34,158 nt of DNA from an uncultured Clostridia bacterium (lineage in GTDB: Bacteria; Bacillota; Thermosediminibacteria; Thermosediminibacterales; Tepidanaerobacteraceae), in NCBI GenBank assembly GCA_964389965.1, contig CAYMGK010000001.1:2964-37121 (forward strand). The letters run 5' to 3'. Below are positions 7,557 through 16,870 of the stretch, in pieces; the first letter of the stretch is position 1; each line of letters starts with the position of its first letter. The translations under genes and the position numbers were made by a program. The notes beneath the pieces were generated by a model, which saw only the letters and a list, made by a program, of their open reading frames with translations, was not told the DNA's origin and did not search any database.

Positions 7557-9828
7557 GTTTAATGTGGAAGTCTCACAAAATGTAGAGGTCAGTGCTAAGA
7601 TACCCAGTGAGAAAACTCCTTCACAGCAGCTCGAAATAATGAAAGACTATACCAGGGTACACAAAGATACTAAAGACTTACCAAAGGCAAAACGGGAAAT
7701 CGAGTGCCTAAAAGTACTTTACCCCACACTATTTAGGCAAATTCAAAATGATGATAAAATCGCCGGAAGATTAGATTTTTTGCCTATTGGTTTTGGATGT
7801 GTCACTTCTGTTGGAGGTGTAGGTCATTACTGTGTTTTTAGTAAACTTAAAGCACTTGAAAATCAACTGGGGACTGCAGAAGAAAAACAAGATTTGAAAG
7901 AACTCTACAATTATTGGTTAAAACACGATCTAAAGACATTGTATTGTAATGAAATAATTACGGATGGTACTATTGGGCCTTTCATTGACTGCGAATATCC
8001 TTTAATAGCAACAGCTCGGCTCAGTGGTATGATGCTCAACTACCATAAACTCATGGAACTGGGGATAAAAGGTTTGCGTGAGGAAATCTCGACAAAGCTC
8101 AAGGAAAAACCAAATAACAACTTTTTAGAGGCTTGCCTTGAGGCTTTGGATTTATTTGTAATTTGTGCTCGGCATTTGCAAAACATGGTGGAGAATCAAA
8201 GACTTACAGCAAGTCACAAGAGAAAGGCTGAATTAGATATTATCTGGAATAGCCTTGAACATATAAAGCATGAAAAACCTACAACCTTCCACCAAGCGTT
8301 ACAACTCTTCTGGTTATTTGCATTGCTAGCCGGTGTTATTAATTATGGAAGAATGGACGATGTCCTAGGGCCTTTTCTTAAACACGATTTAGAAAATAAG
8401 ATAATAACGGAACATGAGGCATTTGGTTATCTTAAAAGCCTATGGACATTAATAGAGAACCGGCGCACAACGGTTAATGGCCGGATTATTGTCGGGGGTA
8501 AAGGGCGAAGACATCCAGAAGCCGCCGATGTGTTTCTAAAACTTGCCATGAAAGTAACCCAAGAATGTCGATATGTGGAGCCCCAATTCACATTGCGTGT
8601 AAGTGATGAGACATCTGAGGAGATTTTTGATATAGCATTAGAGCTCTTGGGCCAAGGTGTTACATATCCTACATTATATAATGATGAAGTAAATATTCCT
8701 GCAGTCATGCATGCCATGAGAGTTGATGAGCAAACCGCCCAACAGTATGTGCCTTTTGGTTGTGGAGAATTTGTAATTCAGGGTCAAAGTACTGGGACTC
8801 CAAATACCTGTATAAATCTCCTGAAACTTCTTACAATCACCCTTAATCAAGGGGTGGATCCGGTGGACAATTTGAAAAAGTGTGGCCCTATAAGAATTAA
8901 ACCACTGACAGAATATAGAACCTTCCAAGAACTCTACGATAAATATAAAGAACTCCTAAATTACTATTTCGATCTGTCTGTAAAGGCACAATACCATTCT
9001 TATAAAGTTATGAATAGTGAAGTGTCCTTTTTATTTACCAGTATTTTAATGGATGATTGTATAGAACGGGGTAGGGCAGTTTTAGATGGGGGTATCCGCT
9101 ATCTTGGCGGGACTAACGAGACTTATGGTAATATCAACACATCTGATGCACTTTACGCCATTAAAAAACTGGTTTTTGATACTGGAAAATATTCCTTAGC
9201 TCAATTGCATAAGGCGGCCTTGGCTAATTTTGAAGGGTATGAGAGGATTCGCAAGGATTTGCTTGAATGCGCCAAATACGGAAACGATATTGATGAAGTT
9301 GATGAATTAGCCGATGATCTCTTCCGCTTTGTAGCAAATGGCATCAGGGATCGGGGTATAAAAATAGGTATGGATTACTATTTGATTGTCATAAGCAATA
9401 ACCAACTCAATACAGAATGGGGTAGGCGCACAGGTGCATCTTTAGATGGTAGGCCTTTCGGTTTTTATATGAATCCTGCAAATAATCCCCAAGGAGGAGC
9501 CGACAAATCAGGCCCCACAGCCATGCTAAATTCAATTTCAAAATTTGAGGCCAAATATCATGGAGGTTCTGTTCAAAATATAAAATTTTCTCCAAAACTC
9601 TTTAATGAACAGCGGGAAAAAATAAAAGCCATGATAAAGGGGTATTTCAAAAGAGGTGGCTGCCAACTAATGGTTACTGTAGTAGATAGGGGAGTTTTGG
9701 AAGATGCAGTAAAGCACCCGGAACTCTATCCAAACCTACTCGTAAGGGTCAGTGGGTTCAGTGCAGTGTTCGTAAATCTAGAGCCTGATGTACAAAAGGA
9801 GATTATGAGTAGGGTTTTATATGAGTGA
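7549..9828 (+). CDS. Glycyl radical enzyme (PFL2/dehydratase-like clade), substrate unknown
   Basis: C-terminal glycyl radical motif LLVRVSGFSAVF (Gly736, codon 9754-9756). Thiyl loop PFGCGEF (Cys405 at 8761-8763, Glu407). Other GRE blocks are present: TFHQALQLFW, NYGRMDD, IIVGGKG, PQFTLRV, TYPTLYNDE, GASLDGRP, GADKSGPTAMLNS. Confidence 0.9.
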   Translation: MSKFNVEVSQNVEVSAKIPSEKTPSQQLEIMKDYTRVHKDTKDLPKAKREIECLKVLYPTLFRQIQNDDKIAGRLDFLPIGFGCVTSVGGVGHYCVFSKLKALENQLGTAEEKQDLKELYNYWLKHDLKTLYCNEIITDGTIGPFIDCEYPLIATARLSGMMLNYHKLMELGIKGLREEISTKLKEKPNNNFLEACLEALDLFVICARHLQNMVENQRLTASHKRKAELDIIWNSLEHIKHEKPTTFHQALQLFWLFALLAGVINYGRMDDVLGPFLKHDLENKIITEHEAFGYLKSLWTLIENRRTTVNGRIIVGGKGRRHPEAADVFLKLAMKVTQECRYVEPQFTLRVSDETSEEIFDIALELLGQGVTYPTLYNDEVNIPAVMHAMRVDEQTAQQYVPFGCGEFVIQGQSTGTPNTCINLLKLLTITLNQGVDPVDNLKKCGPIRIKPLTEYRTFQELYDKYKELLNYYFDLSVKAQYHSYKVMNSEVSFLFTSILMDDCIERGRAVLDGGIRYLGGTNETYGNINTSDALYAIKKLVFDTGKYSLAQLHKAALANFEGYERIRKDLLECAKYGNDIDEVDELADDLFRFVANGIRDRGIKIGMDYYLIVISNNQLNTEWGRRTGASLDGRPFGFYMNPANNPQGGADKSGPTAMLNSISKFEAKYHGGSVQNIKFSPKLFNEQREKIKAMIKGYFKRGGCQLMVTVVDRGVLEDAVKHPELYPNLLVRVSGFSAVFVNLEPDVQKEIMSRVLYE

Positions 9829-9857
9829 GACATGTATTCGAGAAGGAGAGCAAACCT

Positions 9858-10751
9858 GTGACCCAATTAAATATTTTTGATATTCAACGATGCTGTTTTC
9901 ATGATGGTCCCGGAATACGCACAGTGGTGTTTTTTCAGGGATGTCCCCTACACTGTCCTTGGTGTGCTAATCCTGAATCACAAAAGACAAAAAAGCATCT
10001 TCTACATTTTAAGAGCAAATGCACTTTATGTGGAGAATGTATCAAAGCCTGTCCTGAAAATATAATTGTGGTTAAACACGGCAAATGGCAGGTTGACAGG
10101 AAGAAATGCACTGGATGTGAACAATGTGCAAAAGTCTGTCTACAAAGTGCAGTAAAATTTTCAGGAGAAAAAAGAACCGTCGGGGAAATACTTGAAGTGG
10201 TGGAAAGAGATTGGGACTATTATGAAACCTCCCAAGGTGGGTTGACGATTTCAGGGGGAGAGCCTTTTGCCCAACCGGAAGGATTGGTTGAATTACTTAG
10301 AGCAGCAAAAGAGCAGGGTCTACACACCGCTGTGGAAACCTGTGGCCACACTTCCACTAAAAATATTTTGACTGCAGAGCCCCATATAGATTTATTTTTA
10401 TATGATATAAAACATCATGATATTGGGACTTTTCGTAGAATAACCGGTGGAGATTTGCCCTTGATCTTAGGTAATTTGGATCTTTTAGCTCAGAAATCAC
10501 CGGAGAAAGTGGTACTTAGAGTGCCGGTTATTCCCGGTTTCAATAATGACATAAAAACCCTTGAGGGTATTTTTACATTAGCCAAAGGGAAAAACCTCAA
10601 AAAAATAGAACTTTTGCCCTACCACACTTTAGGTAAAAGTAAGTACATACAAATGGGTTTAAAATATCAGATGGGAGAAGTATCGGATCTCACTTCCCAA
10701 GACTTGGAGCCTTATAGACAGCTCGGCATGAAAATGGGCTTAAACACTTAA
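9858..10751 (+). CDS. Glycyl-radical-enzyme activating enzyme (radical SAM, with two auxiliary ferredoxin-type clusters)
   Basis: IFDIQRCCFHDGPGIRTVVFFQGCPLHCPWCANPE gives the CX3CX2C radical-SAM motif. CTLCGECIKACP and CTGCEQCAKVCL are two CX2CX2CX3C motifs. GAAGGAGAG at 9842-9850 favours GTG 9858. GTG 9825, overlapping the GRE stop, is the alternative. Confidence 0.9.
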   Translation: MTQLNIFDIQRCCFHDGPGIRTVVFFQGCPLHCPWCANPESQKTKKHLLHFKSKCTLCGECIKACPENIIVVKHGKWQVDRKKCTGCEQCAKVCLQSAVKFSGEKRTVGEILEVVERDWDYYETSQGGLTISGGEPFAQPEGLVELLRAAKEQGLHTAVETCGHTSTKNILTAEPHIDLFLYDIKHHDIGTFRRITGGDLPLILGNLDLLAQKSPEKVVLRVPVIPGFNNDIKTLEGIFTLAKGKNLKKIELLPYHTLGKSKYIQMGLKYQMGEVSDLTSQDLEPYRQLGMKMGLNT

Positions 10752-10783
10752 ATATATTTTTGCTATTTGTTACAGAACAGGGC

Positions 10784-10816
10784 ATCGGACATCCGGCGAA
10801 TCGCCGAATGTCCGAT
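10784..10816. terminator. GC-rich nested hairpin at the convergent junction of the GRE operon and the TRAP operon
   Basis: atcggacat-c-cggcg-aat-cgccg-a-atgtccgat forms 9 + 5 bp. There is no clear U-tract on either strand, so terminator function is only inferred from its position. Confidence 0.4.
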
Positions 10817-10850
10817 ATCCCACGAAGCGTAGGGCAAAAACTACACTAGT

Positions 10851-11834
10851 TTACAAGACCCCGACTTCTTCATAATACTTTTTAGCACCATCATGTAATG
10901 GCAATCCCGCTAAATTTTTCACAGCATTTTCGATAGACATTTCCTTTAAAGCATTATGGGTATTCCTTAATGAATCTATGTTTTCCCACAACACCTTTGT
11001 CATTTCATAAACAGTATCTTCAGGTACACTTTCATCCACCATCAATGTGATTACAATACTTGTTGTTACAACATCTTCATCTTGACCATCATAAGTCCCC
11101 GCCGGAATAATCGCCCTGTTATACCAGGGATATTGTTCAACTAGTTTTTCAATTACATCTTCATCAAAGGAAATCAATTTACCATTAGCAGTTGCACACA
11201 TTTCCGACACTGCCGCTGTAGGAAGTCCTGCCTGTATCCATGCACCTTCAAGTTGTTTGTTGCGCATTAAATCAACTGCTTCAGTAAAGCCCACAAATTG
11301 AGCCTTGATATCATCAGGATAATTCATGCCTGCAATTTCAAAATAAATACCTGTTTCTACCTCAGGAGTACTGCCCGATGCACCAGGAGCAAAGCGTTTG
11401 CCTTTAAAGTCCTGCATGGAATTAACACCGGAATCTCTTGTGGAAACAACTTGGTTGTAGTTTGAATATAAAGCAGACAAAATCCTAACCCCATCATATG
11501 ACCTACCTTCAAACTTACCTATACCCTGCTTTTGTTCAGTGATAATGCTAGTAACAGCGACTGATACCTGAGCATCACCGGTGGACATCAACCCGAGATT
11601 TTGCACACCCCCATTTGATGCTTCGGCAGAAACTTCCACGCCATCAATGTTTTTATTCCACAATTCCGCAATAGCCGCCCCAATTGGATAAATAGCACCA
11701 GAAGTGGTAGCCGTTGGGAACTGTAAGTACATAGGCTTTCCTACCTGTTCATCACTTGTTTTGCCGGAAGAGCAACCGGCAAGTGTACATATAACTAAAA
11801 CTGCACACATAGCAAAAACCAACCACTTTTTCAT
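10851..11834 (-). CDS. TRAP transporter solute-binding lipoprotein, TAXI family
   Basis: MKKWLVFAMCAVLVICTLAGCSS is a lipobox signal peptide. FPTATTSGAIYPIGAAIAELWNK...VSAEASNGGVQNLGLMSTGDAQV is typical of TAXI receptors. Confidence 0.85.
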   Translation of the reverse strand: MKKWLVFAMCAVLVICTLAGCSSGKTSDEQVGKPMYLQFPTATTSGAIYPIGAAIAELWNKNIDGVEVSAEASNGGVQNLGLMSTGDAQVSVAVTSIITEQKQGIGKFEGRSYDGVRILSALYSNYNQVVSTRDSGVNSMQDFKGKRFAPGASGSTPEVETGIYFEIAGMNYPDDIKAQFVGFTEAVDLMRNKQLEGAWIQAGLPTAAVSEMCATANGKLISFDEDVIEKLVEQYPWYNRAIIPAGTYDGQDEDVVTTSIVITLMVDESVPEDTVYEMTKVLWENIDSLRNTHNALKEMSIENAVKNLAGLPLHDGAKKYYEEVGVL

Positions 11835-11891
11835 AATTTCTTTCCCCTTTCCCTTTTTATGATACTAATGTGGGTCTACAGTGATATACAC

Positions 11892-13931
11892 TTAACCTAC
11901 TACAATTTGCTTTTTTTCCCGTTGGTTTATAATATACTGGTAACCTACTAAAACCATAGCCATAACAGCACCGATTATGTCAGTAAAAGCTCGTGGATCT
12001 ATACTTAAAAACGCAATTGCCAAACATACCCCCCTTTCGATGATACTACATCTTCTTATCAACCAACCCTGAGTGAAAACTGCAAGAAAGTATATACCAA
12101 TTAACGCACCTATGGCAGTTCTAATTATTGTCAGTGCACTTGTGCCAACAGGTGCACACCCAAGTAGTAAAACAGGGTTGAGTAGAAAGAAAAACGGCAA
12201 TATAAAACCCGATAATCCAACTTTTACAGCTTGTAAACCACTTTTAGTAAAATTGGATTTTGCGATTCCGGCTGCAACATACACAGACATTGCAACAGGT
12301 GGTGTGATATTGGATAGTGATGCATAAATCAAACAAAACATATGTGCCGGGATAGGGGCAGAACCTACTTGTATCATGACTGGAATTGCTACAGCAGTTA
12401 TTATTACATATGCGGCGATACCGGGTACTCCCATGCCCAAAATCGAACTCATGAGTGCAACCATTATACCGGCTTTAAGCAGTTGACCCGGTCCCACAAA
12501 CCTCAACATTATATAGCCAAACTTTAAGCCAAGGCCTGTCAAGGAAACTGTTCCTACAATTATGCCGATAACAACACAGCACACTCCAACACTCACTGCA
12601 CCTCTTGCTCCTTCATCACAGGCAGTTACAATCTTTTTAAACCCCATTCGGGTTTCAGGCCTTATCCAAGATGTTATAACCGTTACAATAATAGAGGCAA
12701 CACATGCAAATAAGGGTGTATAACCCATAGCCATGATTGCAAGTAACGAAACAAGTGGTGCCAACATATGCCCTTCCTTTTTTAATACTTCTACGACATT
12801 TGGGATATGTTCTTTAGATAATCCTTTTAAACCCAGTTGTCTTGCTTCTAAATGTACTGCAAACAGTAAACCCATGTAATACAAAAATGCAGGAATGATT
12901 GCCGCTAACAACACTACAGAGTAAGAAACACCAAGGAATTCCGCCATTAGAAATGCTACTGCACCCATTATGGGAGGACAGAACTGTCCACCAGTGGCCG
13001 CTGCTGCCACTACCCCGGCGGAAAAATCTGAGTCATACCCGCTTTTTTTCATCATGGGAAGGGTGATGGATCCGGTTGTTGCTACATTGGCAATTGCAGA
13101 GCCGTTTATCATGCCCATCAGGCCACTTGCAACTACTCCCACTTTTGCAGGACCGCCGGGACTTTTTCCCACAAGTGTAAGAGATATATTGTTGATAAAG
13201 CTACTAAAACCACTGTGGTTTAAAAATGAACCAAAAAGTACAAATACAAATATATATGTTGCCGAAACCCCAATCCCTGCCCCGAAAATCCCTTGGCTAC
13301 TCCAAAACATATGTCCAATTAACCTAGAAACCGTAAAACCGCCATGACTGAGGGTACCTGGAATCCAGTGACCTGCAAAATTATACATAAGGAAGATTGC
13401 TGCAAGCCACACTAAGCCCCCTGCAGCTCTTTTTGCCGCAAAAAATACTAGAATAATCGCTATAACTCCTAAAAAATCCTCAAAAGGTGTGACAAAGCCA
13501 CCTGTAAGGGCAATTCTGGAATAATTCATAACAAAATAACTAAATACATATAATGTCGTGGCGATCAGTATTGCATCGAAGATAGTTGGCATTTTCCTTT
13601 TTCTGTTTTCTTTGTTGTGACCTGGATAAAGCATGAAACAAAATACCAATAAAAAGGTTGCATGTAATGCGCGCAATGTTATAGCTTCCATGGTCCCGAT
13701 AGTTGTATAATATAGTTGAAATATGACCCATACTATAGAAAATCCCAGCAAAACTTTTTTCCATAGACCTATATAAGTCCTCGTCTTACTTTCAGTGTCT
13801 ACTTTTTCTAAAATTTCTTGGGTTTGTCGTTCCATATCCTCAAGATCTTCTTTGGATATATCGCTTGCCGCTCTAATACGTTCTTTACTAGTATTGGTTT
13901 CCCCTGATTTTATTTGTTTCCTTTTGGTCAT
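11892..13931 (-). CDS. TRAP transporter fused permease (TAXI-associated, DctQ/DctM-like fusion)
   Basis: A 679-aa polytopic membrane protein lying directly upstream of the TAXI receptor gene on the same strand. GAAAGGGG precedes the ATG. Confidence 0.85.
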   Translation of the reverse strand: MTKRKQIKSGETNTSKERIRAASDISKEDLEDMERQTQEILEKVDTESKTRTYIGLWKKVLLGFSIVWVIFQLYYTTIGTMEAITLRALHATFLLVFCFMLYPGHNKENRKRKMPTIFDAILIATTLYVFSYFVMNYSRIALTGGFVTPFEDFLGVIAIILVFFAAKRAAGGLVWLAAIFLMYNFAGHWIPGTLSHGGFTVSRLIGHMFWSSQGIFGAGIGVSATYIFVFVLFGSFLNHSGFSSFINNISLTLVGKSPGGPAKVGVVASGLMGMINGSAIANVATTGSITLPMMKKSGYDSDFSAGVVAAAATGGQFCPPIMGAVAFLMAEFLGVSYSVVLLAAIIPAFLYYMGLLFAVHLEARQLGLKGLSKEHIPNVVEVLKKEGHMLAPLVSLLAIMAMGYTPLFACVASIIVTVITSWIRPETRMGFKKIVTACDEGARGAVSVGVCCVVIGIIVGTVSLTGLGLKFGYIMLRFVGPGQLLKAGIMVALMSSILGMGVPGIAAYVIITAVAIPVMIQVGSAPIPAHMFCLIYASLSNITPPVAMSVYVAAGIAKSNFTKSGLQAVKVGLSGFILPFFFLLNPVLLLGCAPVGTSALTIIRTAIGALIGIYFLAVFTQGWLIRRCSIIERGVCLAIAFLSIDPRAFTDIIGAVMAMVLVGYQYIINQREKKQIVVG

Positions 13932-14036
13932 TTATGTGCCCCTTTCAATAAAGTTTAAATAAACACCATTAGCGTGTTTATCTTATCTTCACTTGGTATT
14001 TCCACCTTTCCAAATAGTGGGCTCGTTATTAAAATA

Positions 14037-14873
14037 TCAGTCTATGGGGTAAGAACCTAGAAACTTATAAAAACTTGCCACAGATTTAAGTTCCCTCAAC
14101 GTGTTATCTATAGCTTTAGTACCTTTAGTGCCTTCAAATTCAATAAAAAAAATATATTCACCTAACATCCTTTTTGAGGGTCTAGACTCGATTTTTGTGA
14201 GATTTATTCCCCGGTTTGCAAATAGTTTTAGACTATTTGCAAGACTTCCCGGTTTATTTTCCATAGAAAAAGCCAATGTTGTCTTACCATCTGCAGAAGT
14301 AGGTAAATCTTCTGCAGAGATTACGTAAAATCGAGTCTTATTATTTTTTGTTCCCTGAATATTTTTTGCTAAAAGCTGTAGCCCGAAGTTCTTACCTAAT
14401 CTAATACTGCCGATGGCGGCAGTGTTTCCACCTCTCTCAGAAACAAGCCTCGCTGCCCCGGCAGTTGAAGATGTTTCTAAAAACTTAACCTTAGGTAGCT
14501 TTTTCTTCAAATAATCCCTACATTGAAAGATAGCCTGTGGATGAGAATAAATCACCTCAATATCTTTTAGAGAAACATTTTTACAAGCAAAAAGGTTTTG
14601 TTTAATGGGTAAAATCACTTCACCTATTATATTTGCTTTAATTTCATGAATGAGGAGGTCTATAGTAATGTTAACAGAGCCTTCCAAAGAATTTTCCGCT
14701 GGCACAACTGCAACATCAGTATCTTTTCCTATGGCATACATCAACTCAGAAATCGAAGGAAAAGCCTCCTTTTCCCAGTTATCCAAATTTAGATTTTGCC
14801 TGTTAAGCCATTTTTCCAAAGCTTCTTCGGTAAATGTACCCTTGGGTCCTAAAAAACCTATTCTTTTCAACAT
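14037..14873 (-). CDS. pheA: Prephenate dehydratase
   Basis: IGFLGPKGTFTEEA at the N-terminus. The catalytic domain is followed by an ACT domain (TLAFSMENKPGSLANSLKLFANRGINLTKIESRPSK...YIFFIEFEG). Confidence 0.9.
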   Translation of the reverse strand: MLKRIGFLGPKGTFTEEALEKWLNRQNLNLDNWEKEAFPSISELMYAIGKDTDVAVVPAENSLEGSVNITIDLLIHEIKANIIGEVILPIKQNLFACKNVSLKDIEVIYSHPQAIFQCRDYLKKKLPKVKFLETSSTAGAARLVSERGGNTAAIGSIRLGKNFGLQLLAKNIQGTKNNKTRFYVISAEDLPTSADGKTTLAFSMENKPGSLANSLKLFANRGINLTKIESRPSKRMLGEYIFFIEFEGTKGTKAIDNTLRELKSVASFYKFLGSYPID

Positions 14874-14940
14874 TTCACTTCCCCCTTCTTAATAATTATT
14901 AATCTCAGTGGTTTTGCAATTTAAAGTCGATTTTTCTTTA

Positions 14941-14987
14941 AAAAAAAATCAAAAAACCTCCCGCCCCTACATAGGGGCGAGAGGTTT
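14941..14987 (-). terminator. T-box leader terminator
   Basis: On the - strand, aaaccucucgccccuauguaggggcgggagguuuuuugauuuuuuuu has a GC-rich stem followed by a long U run, 68 nt upstream of the pheA ATG. Confidence 0.8.
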
Positions 14988-15228
14988 CCCGCGGTACCAC
15001 CCAGATTGATCCACTCGAACGCAGATCCACTTTTTGAAGGTACGGGACAAACAAATGTCCTTATACCTCCTTCCCTTTTACGGTGGAAGCTCCGGCTCAG
15101 CCTACTAACTTAATGCATTCAGCTGACAGCTCAAGGGGGAACTTCAAAGGATTCCTTCATACCGGCTCTCACCATCTCGGCTCGCTTTAAATCCAAATAT
15201 CCGTCTACTTTCCCCTATCACAGCTTTT
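14941..15228 (-). promoter_or_regulatory. T-box riboswitch leader controlling pheA
   Basis: Read on the - strand, the T-box motif caaucuGGGUGGUACCGCGggaaacc lies at plus coordinates 14985-15010. Stem I elements are present (AGUA, GAGAUGGUGAGAG, GAA). The specifier region is GAAGUUCC. A terminator overlaps the T-box 3' side. Confidence 0.85.
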
Positions 15229-15262
15229 ATCTATGAAGATTGGAATAATTATGTTAGTTCGC

Positions 15263-15291
15263 ATTTTAGCACATATTATATTATTTGTCAA
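15263..15291 (-). promoter_or_regulatory. Sigma-A-type promoter for the T-box/pheA transcript
   Basis: On the - strand: TTGACA (15291-15286), an exact 17-nt spacer, then TAAAAT (15268-15263). Confidence 0.55.
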
Positions 15292-15458
15292 ACAACAATT
15301 TTATTCGGGCAATTGTGGAAACTCATTGGGATTTAAAAAAAAGAGGAAAAATTGATGTTCTTATAGAATATACTAGTAGCAAGGTTCGATTTTCAAAGTT
15401 TTAAGGTGGTAGGGAACCTATTTAAAATAGGCCCTTGCCGATAATTGGGGGGATAAAA

Positions 15459-16850
15459 ATGCAGATGAATTTTAGTCTGACATTATCACAAACCCAAAAA
15501 CTTGTCATGACTCCTGAGCTCAGGCAAGCTATAACTATCTTACAACTTTCCGCACTTGAATTGGATCAGTATATAGAGAACCAGCTTTTGGAAAACCCAT
15601 TACTTGATGTAACTGATGAAGATATAAAGGAAGATGAGCCTATAGAAAAAGTCGAAGAAAAAGAATCCGACAGTATTGATTGGGAAGAGTATTTTCAAGA
15701 TAGGGCAAGTTCCGGTCCAATAAGGGGACAGTCGGAACAAAAAGAAGAAAGGGCGGGGTATGAAAATTTTGTGTCATCAACACCGTCACTACAGGAACAC
15801 CTGATGATGCAATTGCATTTTTTATCAATACCTAAGACAGCCCTAAAAATTGGAGAGTTTCTAATAGGCAATCTCGATAAAAACGGGTACCTCACTATAA
15901 CGACAAAAGAGGCCTCAAGGCTTCTCAAAGTATCGGAGGAAGATGTGGAAGCCTGTTTAAAAACTATCCAAACCTTCGATCCCTCGGGAGTTGGAGCCAG
16001 AAGTCTAACTGAATGTCTTCTAATACAAATAGAGCAAAAAGGTATTGATGAGCCAAAAATACGGGATTTAGTTAAAAATCATCTATCTGATTTAGGAGAA
16101 GCGCGGTTTTCTAAAATAGCCGAAGCCTTAAATATTGGCCTTGCAGAAGTTCAGAATTTAAAAGATATTTTAGTCACCCTTGATCCGAAACCTGGGCGAA
16201 ATTTTTCTTCCATCAACGATGTTCATTATATAACTCCAGATGCTACCATAGAAAAAGTGGGCAGTGAATATGTGATTATTATGAATGACACCATGTCTCC
16301 GCGACTGTCAATAAATCCTTATTACAGGTCTTTATTACGTTCAGAAGATAAGGAATCAAATATTTCCAAGTTTTTATCCTGTAGATTGGATTCGGCCCTT
16401 TGGCTCATAAAGAGTATTGAACAAAGGCGTATTACCCTTAATAAAGTTATCCAATCCATAGCAGAGGTACAGAGGGACTTTTTAGACAATGGCCTTATTC
16501 ATCTTAAACCTCTTACAATGAAGCATATTGCGGATAAAGTCGGAGTCCACGAATCCACTGTCTCCAGAGCCATCAGCGGTAAATATGTTCAGACTCCTAG
16601 GGGAGTATTTGAGCTAAAATTCTTCTTCCAAAGCGGTTTGAATAATGTTAATGGCACCTCTACTTCTTCAGAAAGTATTAAAAAAATGATAAGACAGATG
16701 ATAGATGAAGAAAACCCACATAAGCCATTAAGTGATAAGAGAATCGCAGATATGTTAAAAATAAAGGGTATATCCATTTCTCGAAGGACTATTGCAAAAT
16801 ATCGGGATGAAATTGGCATATTACCATCTACTAAAAGAAAAAGATATTAA
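15459..16850 (+). CDS. rpoN: RNA polymerase sigma-54 factor
   Basis: N-terminal region I MQMNFSLTLSQTQKLVMTPELRQAITILQLS. C-terminal HTH and RpoN box (GISISRRTIAKYRDEIGI). GGGGGGA precedes ATG 15459. The ORF-track TTG at 15435 is unlikely to be the start. Confidence 0.9.
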   Translation: MQMNFSLTLSQTQKLVMTPELRQAITILQLSALELDQYIENQLLENPLLDVTDEDIKEDEPIEKVEEKESDSIDWEEYFQDRASSGPIRGQSEQKEERAGYENFVSSTPSLQEHLMMQLHFLSIPKTALKIGEFLIGNLDKNGYLTITTKEASRLLKVSEEDVEACLKTIQTFDPSGVGARSLTECLLIQIEQKGIDEPKIRDLVKNHLSDLGEARFSKIAEALNIGLAEVQNLKDILVTLDPKPGRNFSSINDVHYITPDATIEKVGSEYVIIMNDTMSPRLSINPYYRSLLRSEDKESNISKFLSCRLDSALWLIKSIEQRRITLNKVIQSIAEVQRDFLDNGLIHLKPLTMKHIADKVGVHESTVSRAISGKYVQTPRGVFELKFFFQSGLNNVNGTSTSSESIKKMIRQMIDEENPHKPLSDKRIADMLKIKGISISRRTIAKYRDEIGILPSTKRKRY

Positions 16851-16870
16851 TTCTGTTTTTTTAAAAATCA

